Assembly (NCBI GenBank): GCA_044347745.1
Contig: JBIKUD010000008.1
Location: 26,841 to 90,840 of the forward strand
Source of the DNA: Bdellovibrionota bacterium
Lineage (GTDB): Bacteria; Bdellovibrionota_C; UBA2361; JAFLCA01
Reading direction: 5' to 3'
Length of the DNA: 64,000 bases
The notes below the pieces were generated by a model. That model searched no databases. It had not been told where the DNA came from and was given only the letters and a program-made list of their open reading frames with translations. A program made the position numbers and the translations under genes. This document shows positions 31,500-42,194 of the stretch, piece by piece. The number at the start of each line of letters is the position of its first letter. The stretch's first letter is position 1.

Positions 31500-32585
31500 A
31501 TGCGCAAGCAGGTCTATGCGCATATCGTAACGTACAATCCAACGAACGATATTTCGCTTTGTCTTGAGTCGGTGCTCGCACAGCAGGATTCAAGCATCCA
31601 GGTGACTCTTACTCTTCGAGATAATGCATCTCAAGTTGCCATTCCTTTTGATGAATTGAAAAAGTCTTTTGCGGATCGGCTTCGCATAGTTCGAAATGCC
31701 CATAATCTTGGTTTTAGTGGTGCGCATAATCAGGGAGTCTCGGAGTTCTTGGAAAGTTCAGCCGATTACTTTCTGGTGCTTAACTCTGATCTTAAACTTG
31801 GCCCTGGGTGCCTCAAGGCATTAATTGATACAGCCGAGAGGGTGGGGGCCGAGTTTGCGACTCCGCTACTGCTACGCTGCAACGAAAAGTTAGAACCTAT
31901 TGAGCCCGCGGTCGTTGATGCGGCAGGAATGGTGCTCAGAAAAAGTATAAGGCATTTCGATAGAGGGAGTGGATCTCCTTTGCTCCCTGAGTTTGAGATC
32001 CCGGCTTTTGTGTTTGGGGGAACCGGCGCTTGCTTGTTAATTAGTCGTAAGGGCGTTCTGGACTGCTTGTTACATTTAGAAGCATGGAAGCAAGACCTCT
32101 ACGCATGTTATCCCGTACTCGGTTTCAACACAGGCTCTCGCGCCGAGTTATTTGATGAGGCTTTTTTTGCCTATCGTGAAGATGCCGATTTGGCTTGGAG
32201 AGCTCAAGCTTTAGGTTGTCGCTGTGTATTTGTACCGCAGGCGCGGGCTTTTCATCGGCGTTGTGTACTACCCGAGAATCGCAGCCAGCAGCAGGCTTTT
32301 CTCAATTTGTTGGGTGTAAAAAATCGATTTCTGTTGCAGTTTAACAATTTTTTCCCGGAACTTGGTTGGGGGGCGATACTCAGCGGAGTTCTGCTTAGAA
32401 ATCTGATCGTATTGCTGGGAGTTTTTGTGCTTGAGCGTTCATCTATTCCTGGACTATTTGAAGCTTGGAAGCTTCGTCGCCGCGCTTGGGCATTAAGGAC
32501 TCAAGTTCGAAAGAAAAGCTTGGCATCTGCATCGCAACGCTCAATTTCCCGCTGGTTAACCCAAGATAGTGAGCCACTACAATGA
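31500..32585 (+). CDS. GT2-family glycosyltransferase
   Basis: AHIVTYNP...LRDNASQ matches a GT-A N-terminal domain. 361 aa. Confidence 0.65.
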   Translation: MRKQVYAHIVTYNPTNDISLCLESVLAQQDSSIQVTLTLRDNASQVAIPFDELKKSFADRLRIVRNAHNLGFSGAHNQGVSEFLESSADYFLVLNSDLKLGPGCLKALIDTAERVGAEFATPLLLRCNEKLEPIEPAVVDAAGMVLRKSIRHFDRGSGSPLLPEFEIPAFVFGGTGACLLISRKGVLDCLLHLEAWKQDLYACYPVLGFNTGSRAELFDEAFFAYREDADLAWRAQALGCRCVFVPQARAFHRRCVLPENRSQQQAFLNLLGVKNRFLLQFNNFFPELGWGAILSGVLLRNLIVLLGVFVLERSSIPGLFEAWKLRRRAWALRTQVRKKSLASASQRSISRWLTQDSEPLQ

Positions 32586-33367
32586 ATAATAGAAAATTGG
32601 CAGTCATCACTGGAGCCTCCTCTGGAATTGGTGCCGAATTTGCGCGGCAACTTGCTAATCAAGGTTATGACCTCTTGCTCGTGGCGAGGCGCAAGCCTCT
32701 TTTGGAGTCTTTGAAAGGCGAGTTGGAAACAGCTTTCAAGATTAACGTTGATTATAGGAGTGTCGATTTTTCAAATTCGACGGAACTTCGCCAATTTTGC
32801 TTCGAGTTGTCAAAAGTGCCCGTAGATCTATTGGTAAATAACGCAGGATTTGGCTCCTTCGGCCATTTTGACTCTCTTCCGATCGAATCTGAGTGTCAGA
32901 TGCTTGAGGTTAACGTGATTGCCGGGCTCAGAATATTGCACGCAGTTTTGCCAAATATGAAACAGCGGAGAAAGGGAGGGATACTGGTCACCTCCTCAGT
33001 GCTTGGCTTTCAGCCGACCCCCTACATGGCTACCTATGCTGGCACAAAGGCCTTCAATTTGTATCACTCGTTAGCCTTGCGTCAGGAATTAGAGCCATAT
33101 GGGATTCGTGTGGTTTCGGTCTGTCCGGGGCCCACAGATACAGAATTTGCCGGAGTGGCGCGGGTGCCTGGGCAATTTACTGCGGTGCGCCGAGATAGCG
33201 TTAGTCTTGTAGTCAGGCAAAGTCTGAGAGCTTATGAGCGTAATAACGCCTGTATCGTGCCTGGGCTTAGGTCTTGGGCGTTGTCACTGCTTAGTCGCAC
33301 CCTTCCATTTGCATCGACCATCCCATTATTTGAGAGAATATTGCGGGGTTCGCTTAAATCTCGGTAA
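32582..33367 (+). CDS. Short-chain dehydrogenase/reductase (SDR)
   Basis: TGASSGIG cofactor motif and a YAGTKAF catalytic YxxxK motif. It overlaps the upstream GT2 gene by 4 nt. Confidence 0.85.
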   Translation: MNNRKLAVITGASSGIGAEFARQLANQGYDLLLVARRKPLLESLKGELETAFKINVDYRSVDFSNSTELRQFCFELSKVPVDLLVNNAGFGSFGHFDSLPIESECQMLEVNVIAGLRILHAVLPNMKQRRKGGILVTSSVLGFQPTPYMATYAGTKAFNLYHSLALRQELEPYGIRVVSVCPGPTDTEFAGVARVPGQFTAVRRDSVSLVVRQSLRAYERNNACIVPGLRSWALSLLSRTLPFASTIPLFERILRGSLKSR

Positions 33368-33394
33368 ACTGATTGCCTATAGGCCGGACGAGAT

Positions 33395-34054
33395 ATGAAA
33401 GAGAAGGTTGCTGAAGAAATCGCACGACTTGTCCAGGATGGTCAGATTATTGGCGTCGGCACGGGCACCACAGTTGACTGTGCTCTTGAAGCCATAGGTC
33501 GCCGGATTCAAACTGAAAAATTGCGTCTATCTGTCGTTCCCACCTCCCTTGAGAGTGCCTGGCGCTGCGAGTCACTTGGATTGCAGGTGCTTCATTCAGC
33601 CTACAGTGGCGTGCTGAATTGGGGCTTCGACGGAGCGGATGCCGTAAATTCTCAAAAATGGCTTATCAAGGGAAAAGGCGGAGCGCTTTTTCAAGAGAAA
33701 GTTTTAGCTGCGCGCTGCAAAACTTTTCTGGTGATAGTTGATGAATCAAAAATTGTGAGCGATCTTTCAGTTTGCCCTATCCCACTCGAAGTACTTCCTC
33801 AAGCTCGCGCGCATGTAGAGAGAGAATTGAAATTGCGTGGCGCTCAATCTGTTACTCTTAGACAAGGTACTGGGAAACACGGCCCAATAATTTCGGAACA
33901 AGGCAATATTCTGCTCGATGCAAAATTTGCCCAAATCGGACCAGGCCTCGAAAAAGATCTAAAGACCATAGTTGGAGTTGTTGAGTCTGGCCTCTTTATT
34001 GGCTATGCCTCTGAGGTGTTGGTCGGTACGGCAGCTGGCGTGCGACGTCTTTGA
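33395..34054 (+). CDS. rpiA: Ribose-5-phosphate isomerase A
   Basis: GVGTGTTV and KGKGGALFQEKV motifs. 219 aa. Confidence 0.88.
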   Translation: MKEKVAEEIARLVQDGQIIGVGTGTTVDCALEAIGRRIQTEKLRLSVVPTSLESAWRCESLGLQVLHSAYSGVLNWGFDGADAVNSQKWLIKGKGGALFQEKVLAARCKTFLVIVDESKIVSDLSVCPIPLEVLPQARAHVERELKLRGAQSVTLRQGTGKHGPIISEQGNILLDAKFAQIGPGLEKDLKTIVGVVESGLFIGYASEVLVGTAAGVRRL

Positions 34055-34490
34055 ATGAGCTCTGCGCTTTATCAAATGACTAACATGAAGAAGTTCAAGT
34101 GTAATTTAGATCGGGCGCGCTGATGCGATTGAAAACTCCACCTTTGCTCCTTTTTCTTGTTCTTTGAGGAGGAGTTGGCAGCCGTGCTGAGTGGCTTCAT
34201 GTAAATTATGGACAGGCCGTAATGCGATTTGCTCGGATTGGCGTTCTGGCATAATGAGAACAAAATGTTCAGTTGCTTTTACCAAAAACACAGAACCTTC
34301 CTTTGCATAACTGCCAACCGGTTTTGCAGCTCTGAACGCATCGAGTAAAAGTGGAAAATCTGAATTTTCGATGGTGATTATTTGCATAGGAGTGTGGACT
34401 CGTATCCTCTCGGAATTTGCTGGCCAGGCCGCAGCAGATATCCTTTTCAGCTTTCAGTCTGCTGAGCCCATACCGTTTAAAATCGTCAGT

Positions 34491-35010
34491 TTATTTTAGA
34501 TCTTGAGGCTTTGGTGCGTTTTTTGTGGTTCGTAAGATATTGTAATTATTTAATTTTGCCATAGAGTGCTCGCCATTAATGACGATAAGATCATAGGGGC
34601 CGCGGCATTCACTATCACTCGCTACAATTTTTACGCTTCGACTTTGAATATTGACGTTGTCAAGACGAGAAACAAGCTCCGGAGTTGGAGCACATGAGAA
34701 GTAGCCTTGGATAAAAGTTGTAGGCTCTGATAGTTCCAGCTTCCTTGCCACATTCAAACAAGGGACGTCGCTTAGCGGGTGATTTAAGCCAAGTTGGATT
34801 CGAAGAGGAAAGTTAGGTTCGATACTCACAATATTCGCTTAAGGGTCTGACAACAATGCAATCACGCAGGCGCTAGTACCAACAAATGAGCCAATTTCTA
34901 AGATATTTTTTGGAGAGCCAGCACCGTAGGCTGTAAAAATATCTTCAATTTCCCATGGAAGAATAGAACCACACTCTATACTTTTTCGCTGCAACCCAAG
35001 CGAAAACAGA
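34491..35010 (-). pseudogene. Class I SAM-dependent O-methyltransferase (family-3-like) interrupted by an in-frame TAA stop
   Basis: The reverse strand upstream of ORF 34491..34829 translates as ...KNILEIGSFVGTSACVIALLSDP*ANIVSIEPN.... This is in the same frame as the downstream ORF, which continues DLIVINGEH... like the DLIFIDADK region of these methyltransferases. Confidence 0.5.
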
Positions 35011-35077
35011 ATGTTCACAACTTACTCAAATCGTGAAACAAATGGAGAGTCGTTGGTCCAGGTGCATGGAACTACTG

Positions 35078-35770
35078 TCATGATTTTTCTGCGCCTCCAC
35101 GGAGGAAGTTCGAGGATTTAGAATAAAAACCAATATTCTGACCCTTGAAGTTCAGTCGAAAGAAGCCAAGATCGAATCCGCTGGACTGCGCCACAACTGT
35201 CAGCCAAGAGAACCAATTGACGCCTTGCGGGGGAGTTTGTGGCTCATCGATTACACAACATGGCAATAAGATGAAACTCTTGTTGAGTTCACGAGCCGCT
35301 TCAATAATTACTAAATTTGATCCATGGGCATGCAGGCCTATAAGGAGGTCGTAATTTGCTGCAACTGAGATCTCAAATTTTTGTGAGCGGTGCGGTACCG
35401 ATTCTTTGGATAGACCCCGTCGGCGCCTATCTGCCAATAGTCTATGCTTCTCGGGTAGCGGTTGATACACTGGATCGATGACTTCGGCATCAAATCCTTG
35501 CTGCCGAAGGAGGTATGTCAGCAACCCCTTGCCACCACCCACGTCCGCCACTCGGCACGGCAGGTAGTTTTTGGCGACCCACTGTGCAAGCAAATCAAAG
35601 CGAAACTTGCCCATTTTAGGCAGGTTGTCCCCCGATAGTCGCTTCCCAGACTTAGCAGGATCGGGCAAACCCAAACTTTCCAATGATGGAAGCGGTGGAT
35701 ACTTATGTTGTCTTCGCTGGTCCGGCCCGGGGCCTCTGTCACTGTTTGGGTCTACTCTGAAATCAGCCAT
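35078..35770 (-). CDS. Methyltransferase-like protein (SAM-binding motif I-like) with a low-complexity N-terminus
   Basis: VADVGGGKGLLTYLL resembles the VLDVGCGTG motif I. The rest I could not recognise. Confidence 0.35.
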   Translation of the reverse strand: MADFRVDPNSDRGPGPDQRRQHKYPPLPSLESLGLPDPAKSGKRLSGDNLPKMGKFRFDLLAQWVAKNYLPCRVADVGGGKGLLTYLLRQQGFDAEVIDPVYQPLPEKHRLLADRRRRGLSKESVPHRSQKFEISVAANYDLLIGLHAHGSNLVIIEAARELNKSFILLPCCVIDEPQTPPQGVNWFSWLTVVAQSSGFDLGFFRLNFKGQNIGFYSKSSNFLRGGAEKS

Positions 35771-36455
35771 ATCTTAAACGCAAATAGGGGAAGGAAATGG
35801 AGTGCATGCCCAATTAATTCAGCGCCCTTATTATATATAAAGGGTGATTTTAGTTCAATTCAAGTACCCATGCCACTGTAGTCCATGCTCTATAATAAAG
35901 ATTGCGTACCTACAGTGGGTTCAAATTATTGACGCTAAATCCAAAATCTCTCAATGGAGTGACTGGGCGACTGGATCCCAGCTGCGTACCGACGAGCTCC
36001 TTCAAAATAATCCGGAAGAATCTGACTGGCATATAGTGCTAGGTCGTCCACTTTGCGATCGATGAAGTTCCCCACAATTAGCAATAACGGTGATGTCCCC
36101 AAAGCAATTTCCGCTGCCTGCTTGCTAGCTGACCTAGGTCCACCGACGTAGCACCGATACGCTTACAGTAAGCAAGCTCTTCTGCTTTTTTGATGGCGGC
36201 TACAGTGTCGACATCGGTGCTACATCCAGTTGGAGCGAACGGCGTGTACGTGCTGCGACTAAAACAAGTCACTATTGTCCGAGTAATCCCGCCCAATGCG
36301 TGCATCGTCGCACCTCAGGAAAGCGCAATATCGTCCGGGTGCGGTGAGAGGCAGCCGATTCCTCTAGTCTCGTCGAGCCCAAGTAACTCAAATAAGGTTG
36401 TGGTATCAGCTGCGTCGATCAACATTGAGAGATCCTCCCACTCTGTCCATCGCAC

Positions 36456-37046
36456 GTGCTCTTCAGTGAAGACCTACGACCTGAAAGGGCGGATGCTGAA
36501 AAGCAACTGGGCTCAAACTCAGTTGATCTTTTTTGGCATTCCGAAGATGCCCATTTTGCGAATAGTTGTGACTTTATAATGCTAATCTGCATCCGAGGCG
36601 ATAGGGTCGCACGAACTCTTTTGAGTCTCGTGAAGCCGGAAAATCTGCCAAAGCACACACTAAAAGCTCTCACTGAACCCTGGTATCAAATTTTCCCCGA
36701 TGATTCATTCAGTAACGTGTCGCGGCCAAGAAGCAGTTGCGCCGTTTTCAGCAGTGCGCCTGGGGGCAAGTTGAGATTCGACCCAATGTTTACGATCTGT
36801 TCTAATCCAGAAGCATTTGCTGCTTTGCGGTGCTTGAATGACCTCATAAATGAGCAAGCAATTTCAGTTTGCCTGGAACCAGGAGATTTATTGATTATCG
36901 ATAATAGGCGATGTGTTCATGCGAGGACTAGATATCAGCCCCGCTTTGACGGTTGGGATAGGTGGCTTCAACGTATGAGCCTCTATCTCTCCCCGCCACC
37001 AGCCCACCTCCTTGAGGGGGAGAACGAGCCAATTATTCGGTTCTAG
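36456..37046 (+). pseudogene. Fe(II)/2-oxoglutarate dioxygenase (TauD/TfdA or CAS-like) fragment; 5'-truncated or frameshifted
   Basis: WHSEDAHF (an HxD/E-type facial-triad motif) lies only about 27 aa from the ORF start, whereas it normally sits about 100 aa in. The C-terminal DLLIIDNRRCVHAR is the second-His region. An in-frame stop lies upstream. Confidence 0.45.
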
Positions 37047-37464
37047 GCCCCGACTGATCCTGTCATATTATTGAACACTGGTCTCCTTTTAAGGTTGAGT
37101 CGACAAAGTCGTACGTTCGCGGCGAAGAACCAAAAAAAGTTCTTTCTGGGATAAGCCACGTGAAAATCTGAAAAATACTTTGAATTGGGGGAGGGAAGCT
37201 CCTGAGGAGTCTAAAATTATTGCCAGGATAAAGCGATTTTGAGCTCACTTCTAGTAATCCTTTAGGCACTTCATATATTCCCACCCCAGCCGCGCCGCGT
37301 CTGTACATACGTCGACGGCGAACAGCAAAGCGGGGCAACCGCGTCAATATTGCAACTTAAGCAAAATTGACGTTATCACATAAAACGCTCATGGCGCGTA
37401 ATATATTCTAATTATTTAGTTTTCTTGTGCAGTTGTGTTTGGGTAGCAAGTTGCTGACTTGGCG

Positions 37465-38274
37465 TTATTTCTTACGAAAGCAGGACAAGAGCTTCCCCGT
37501 AATTCCCACGGACCTGCGCTCATAAAACAGCACTGACTGGGCGAGTAGCCCTGCATGAAGATGGTCGGCCCCAGACTTGGAAATGAGCACACGAAGTCCA
37601 TAGTTTCCAATCAAATGTGGTGCCACTATCTTTTCAAGCTGTACATGAAGCGAATTTGTAGAGCTGTGCGATGTTTCAACAAGCAATAGCATTTTTTCAT
37701 TCTCATCAAGGTCGCTGCCTTTTAAGAATGCCATTTTTAAAATGGAGTGCTCAGACTGCGCGAAAGCGCTTAGCTCGTCTTTTGCCTTCAAAAGAATTTC
37801 GTCATTCACCGCCGATACTTTGAGAAGGGAAAGATCTTCTTCCGGCTGATTCTCAGCGATGAGGTCATCGATGCACTCAGGTCCAAGTTTTAGCTGAGCA
37901 ATTTCCCAGGGCGAAAATTCCTTTTCTACGTTTTGGCCAGGGTTAAGGCAAAGCCACCAGTCTTGCGGCACGAGGTCACATAGTTGTTTAGCGCTTAGTT
38001 CCCGGAGCTGTAGTTTTTGTCCAGCCCAAGACTCAACTAATTCTGGCCTGGTAAAGATGGGCACAATTACTCTATCACCGGCATTGAGAGCCAGGACCTG
38101 AATTAAATCATTTTGATATTCTGCAAGCTCGTTAATGGGCAGAGATTGTGTGCGAGTTGGAACTTGTAGCATTGAGCTCAAGAATTGAAGCAGAAACGCT
38201 CGAACAATCTTCGGTTCTCCTTCAATCGCCTGTTCAAGCAGCTCTTCAAGAATTTGGTTGCTTTGTGAGCTCAT
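37465..38274 (-). CDS. Hypothetical protein (possibly SseB-like)
   Basis: 269 aa, with no TM segments. Weak resemblance only. Confidence 0.3.
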   Translation of the reverse strand: MSSQSNQILEELLEQAIEGEPKIVRAFLLQFLSSMLQVPTRTQSLPINELAEYQNDLIQVLALNAGDRVIVPIFTRPELVESWAGQKLQLRELSAKQLCDLVPQDWWLCLNPGQNVEKEFSPWEIAQLKLGPECIDDLIAENQPEEDLSLLKVSAVNDEILLKAKDELSAFAQSEHSILKMAFLKGSDLDENEKMLLLVETSHSSTNSLHVQLEKIVAPHLIGNYGLRVLISKSGADHLHAGLLAQSVLFYERRSVGITGKLLSCFRKK

Positions 38275-38307
38275 GCCATCAAATGCTCGAAAACAAGAGC
38301 CTTGCGG

Positions 38308-38886
38308 CTACTTGTTCATAGATTTAATGACATCTTCAGTGATGTCTGCCGATGTATCACCAAAAAGCACAGGTCCCCGCGCATCTTTGCCTTTATCGAG
38401 TACGAGGTCTATTTTTTTGCCCTCTGCGTAGGAGCGAATTGCTGCGAGCGCGGCATCAGTTAAATCTTTATTAATTTTGAGATAACGCTGCTTAAGATCA
38501 TCATCAGTGTCTTTGACCATGCGCGCAAATTCACGAGCATCTTGGCGAAATTTATCTGCTTCTTTAGAGTCTGGTTTTATATTGTCTTTTTTAAGTTTCT
38601 CTTCGGTCGTTTTGAGCGTTTTTCTTTCTGACTCAATTTTTGCCTTGGCTTTAAGGGTTACATCGTCCAGGGTCTTTTTTTTCTCTTTCGCTTCTTTCGA
38701 TTCATTGAGGACCCGATTTACGTCAACAGTGGCGATGCGATAATCGGCAACAGCAGCGCCCGTAAAGAGGAGGCCGGCGCTTAATGCGAGAGTGGTAAAC
38801 AGCTTGTACATATGTGGTAGTTCAAAAAGTTGGTATCGACTAAAAAGAGGCCGAGCAAATTTACTATACCCCTCGAGGGAAAACAA
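38308..38886 (-). CDS. Skp/OmpH-like periplasmic chaperone
   Basis: Signal peptide, then IATVDVNRVLNESKEAKE (the Skp hallmark) and a long K/E-rich coiled coil. About 190 aa. Confidence 0.6.
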   Translation of the reverse strand: MFSLEGYSKFARPLFSRYQLFELPHMYKLFTTLALSAGLLFTGAAVADYRIATVDVNRVLNESKEAKEKKKTLDDVTLKAKAKIESERKTLKTTEEKLKKDNIKPDSKEADKFRQDAREFARMVKDTDDDLKQRYLKINKDLTDAALAAIRSYAEGKKIDLVLDKGKDARGPVLFGDTSADITEDVIKSMNK

Positions 38887-38953
38887 ATAGAGTTTTTGCC
38901 CAAATGTCTCCTAAAGGGGAGTAACTGCACGAACATGCCATTCTGCAGGTGTT

Positions 38954-40651
38954 CTACAGTTCGACGGGAATGCCACCTGGAATTTGAGGTAGTTTCTGAT
39001 TTAAGAGGCCTACAACAGTTCTGAATACACGGCGTGCTTCGAACGTGAGGGAGTTGCTATTACCACAGTCAGCGTACAGAGCCACTGGCGTGTCATGATC
39101 AGCGTCAATCGGCGAAAGCGCAAAGGCTTTGCTGCCCCAAGGTGAATTTTTTGACTCCTTGTTACCGAAAGATTGTACTTTCGAAAAACATTGAGCCAGC
39201 GGCGATAGCGGATCGAGAAGATCAAGTTTTTGCCCATTGCCGATATTCGGCCCACGAGCTACGACCACTATTGCTTCAGTGCGGTCTTTAGAAACTACAA
39301 TCAAGGCCGACTTTTCAAATGGACCTTTGTCGACAAGCATCTCCAAAAGCGAGGCAATAAGCTCTTCGCTTGTCTTGGACTCGTTACAAATGTTGGTAAA
39401 ATTGTTCAGCACCTGATTACCGGCAGCGGTGCGAAGTTTTGGAGGTTCAATAAGTTTTTCTGTTGGTTCCACCCTCGGAACGGTCTTTGTATTTTCTCGG
39501 TTGCTTTTCAGGCTGAAGCGTTCGTCAATTTGCTCGTTTACGGTGTGAATTGTCGTCGCGGGTTTTTGCACAGCCCCTGATTTTGTCGGTGTTGGTGCTG
39601 TCGCGCTTGGCTTAGCGTCTTTGGCTATTGCTCCTGATACCGGAGTGCTTTTCTGTTGAATTAACTCAGAAATTTCAGTGTCCAGTTCCGAGGTCGCTTT
39701 AGTCCCGGGCTGCGCAGCAGCTGCGCTGCTTGTGCCTAAGAGAGCATCTTGTTTTTTCTTCTCTTCAAGTAATCGTAGAGAGAATAAATATTCAGAGCAA
39801 CGCTCGTAGATTCGCAAGTATTGCGTGTCGTTCATTTGCAGCATGCGAAGTGCGCTCTTCGGAGCTAAAGATTTCCCAGGAGCAAGTTTTTCCCAGCGAT
39901 TATTGTCGAAGGCATCTACCATTTCGGCTGCGGCTTGGCAGATTGGTTTAATAATTGCGCGATCTGGAGTTCTTGAACGTGCGTCTCTGTCGAGCGCAAA
40001 TAATAAAGCTTCTGGTATGCCATGACGACGCAGGTACGTAACTCCCATGCGTTCCACGTCAAATTTATGGTCCTGAGCTAGTCGGTAATTTATTCCGCTT
40101 CGCGAGAGTTCTTCAGCAAGTTTGGTGTAGGTTTCACCAAGATGAATTACGGCCAACATTTCGCCCGTACAGAATAGAAGTCCTGCTGCCTGGCAATCAT
40201 CAGTTAAGGTTCGTGCGAGTGCTTCAGCAAGAATTGTCCCGATGATTGAGGTTCGTTTACAGCGATTTCTATGAAGCTCAAACCAGTGTTTTATATCTTC
40301 ATTTTCAATCGGAGCGCGCTCTTTCATCTTTTCGAGTGTTTCGAGCACTACATCCGAGCCCAGGCGTACAATGGCTGTCTTTACCGAAGTAATTGGTGAG
40401 CGACCACCCGAAAAGAACATGGCGTTGGAAGTTCGAAGTAGCTCGATGACAATTGCTGGGTCCTGCGCCGCAATTACGGCTAAATCTTCAACACGAATGT
40501 TTTTATCAATAACCAGTTTGCGAGCCTCAAGCCACACGCTCATATCGGGTGGCATTAAAAGGGAGAAAGGACGCCCTCCGCCCTTGCCGCCATCACTGCC
40601 AGCTTCGCCAGAATCTTCAGACTTTGTGTTTAGTTGCTTCTCGTCGGCCAT
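38954..40651 (-). CDS. HDOD-domain signalling protein with an additional C-terminal domain
   Basis: An HDOD-like core, AAQDPAIVIELLRTSNAMFFSGGRSPITSVKTAIVRLGSDVV. The linker is rich in Ala/Thr/Pro/Lys. Confidence 0.6.
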   Translation of the reverse strand: MADEKQLNTKSEDSGEAGSDGGKGGGRPFSLLMPPDMSVWLEARKLVIDKNIRVEDLAVIAAQDPAIVIELLRTSNAMFFSGGRSPITSVKTAIVRLGSDVVLETLEKMKERAPIENEDIKHWFELHRNRCKRTSIIGTILAEALARTLTDDCQAAGLLFCTGEMLAVIHLGETYTKLAEELSRSGINYRLAQDHKFDVERMGVTYLRRHGIPEALLFALDRDARSRTPDRAIIKPICQAAAEMVDAFDNNRWEKLAPGKSLAPKSALRMLQMNDTQYLRIYERCSEYLFSLRLLEEKKKQDALLGTSSAAAAQPGTKATSELDTEISELIQQKSTPVSGAIAKDAKPSATAPTPTKSGAVQKPATTIHTVNEQIDERFSLKSNRENTKTVPRVEPTEKLIEPPKLRTAAGNQVLNNFTNICNESKTSEELIASLLEMLVDKGPFEKSALIVVSKDRTEAIVVVARGPNIGNGQKLDLLDPLSPLAQCFSKVQSFGNKESKNSPWGSKAFALSPIDADHDTPVALYADCGNSNSLTFEARRVFRTVVGLLNQKLPQIPGGIPVEL

Positions 40652-40808
40652 GGGCCAAAACTAATGATTTCAAAAGGTTATATTAGTGACCGGTATCCCT
40701 CTTCTTAGTAGTTCGGCAGGCTCGGGGTTTTACTTAATGCGCTGCGTGGCGTTCTCAAAGAGGTGAGCTATAATCGGCCCGGCTTTAAGTTGGAAAAGGA
40801 GATACCGT

Positions 40809-42194
40809 ATGCGAATTGAACGTGACTCGATGGGTGAGATGCAAGTGCCAGATGATGCATTATATGGAGCGTCAACGCAGCGCGCGGTACTCAATTTTCC
40901 TATCAGCGAGCTTCGTTTTTCGAAGCGATTTGTGCAAGCAGTCGGACATATTAAGCGCGCAGCCGCATTAGCTAATTCTGAGCTGGGTTTGCTTGATGAG
41001 AAAAAAACGAAAGCGATTGTCCAAGCAGCAGAGGAAATAATTGCCGACAAACTGTATTCGCATTTTGTGGTCGATATTTTCCAGACGGGCTCAGGCACAT
41101 CAACCAACATGAATGCGAATGAAGTGATTGCCAATCGTGCCATAGAATTAATGGGCGGGAAGCGCGGCGATAAAGCACTGATGCACCCCAACGATCATGT
41201 CAATATGTGTCAGTCATCAAATGACGTGATTCCTACAGCGATTCACGTTTCTGCGTACCTTGCCTGTGTGCAGGTTTTGTTGCCCGGTCTTAAACGACTG
41301 GAGGCCACTTTATTGGAAAAGTCCAAAGCGTTTTCGGGAGTCATAAAGTCTGGTCGCACGCATTTGCAGGACGCAACTCCCATTACCTTGGGCCAGGAGT
41401 TTGGCGGATATGCTACCCAGATTACAAATGGAATTGCGCGAATTAATCGTACTCTGCCTATGCTCGCAGAACTTGCATTGGGCGGCACAGCGGTGGGAAC
41501 GGGACTGAATACCCATCCCGAATTTGCAGCTCGTGCGATTCAGCACCTAAATAAAGCCACGGGAGCTCAGTTTGTGGAGGCTCCAAATCATTTTGAGGCT
41601 CAAGGCGCTCGGGACGCTGCCGTCGAAATGAGTGGGCAACTGAAAACAATCGCCTGTTCCCTTATGAAAATTGCAAACGATCTACGTTGGTTGTCGTCGG
41701 GGCCACGTTGTAGTTTGGCTGAAATTACTCTGCCAGAGACTCAGCCTGGCTCGAGCATCATGCCTGCAAAGGTAAATCCGGTGATTTGTGAATCAGTCAT
41801 GATGGTCTGCGCGCACGTATTTGGAAACGATGCCTGTATTACCTCCTGTGGTCAGCATGGCAATTTTGAATTGAACGTTATGCTCCCCGTTTTGGGGTAT
41901 AACTTGCTTCAGGCGGTTGAGTTATTGGGGGCAGCCTCTCTCAATTTTGCTGATGCCTGTGTTGCTGGAGTCGAAGCTGATACTGAAAAGTGCCTTGAGT
42001 ACGCAGAGAAGAGTCTTGCTACCTGCACCTCTTTGGCGCCAAAAGTTGGATATGATCTTGCAGCCAAGATTGCGAAACAAGCCTATGCTGAGGACAAAAC
42101 TGTTCGCCAAGTAGCCCTTGAGCTTAAAGTGTTGCCTGAGAAAGAACTTGCAAGAGTGCTTGATTTGCACGCAATGACAAAACCAGGACTTTAA
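40809..42194 (+). CDS. fumC: Class II fumarate hydratase / aspartase-family lyase (fumarase C favoured)
   Basis: GSSIMPAKVNPV signature, QTGSGTSTNMNANEVIANRA and SSNDVIPTA. At 461 aa it fits FumC. Confidence 0.75.
   Translation: MRIERDSMGEMQVPDDALYGASTQRAVLNFPISELRFSKRFVQAVGHIKRAAALANSELGLLDEKKTKAIVQAAEEIIADKLYSHFVVDIFQTGSGTSTNMNANEVIANRAIELMGGKRGDKALMHPNDHVNMCQSSNDVIPTAIHVSAYLACVQVLLPGLKRLEATLLEKSKAFSGVIKSGRTHLQDATPITLGQEFGGYATQITNGIARINRTLPMLAELALGGTAVGTGLNTHPEFAARAIQHLNKATGAQFVEAPNHFEAQGARDAAVEMSGQLKTIACSLMKIANDLRWLSSGPRCSLAEITLPETQPGSSIMPAKVNPVICESVMMVCAHVFGNDACITSCGQHGNFELNVMLPVLGYNLLQAVELLGAASLNFADACVAGVEADTEKCLEYAEKSLATCTSLAPKVGYDLAAKIAKQAYAEDKTVRQVALELKVLPEKELARVLDLHAMTKPGL

Noticed and set aside
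40730-41191. 153-aa minus-strand ORF overlapping the fumC start
   Set aside because: It is antisense to a strongly supported fumarase/aspartase-family CDS. It has no motifs.
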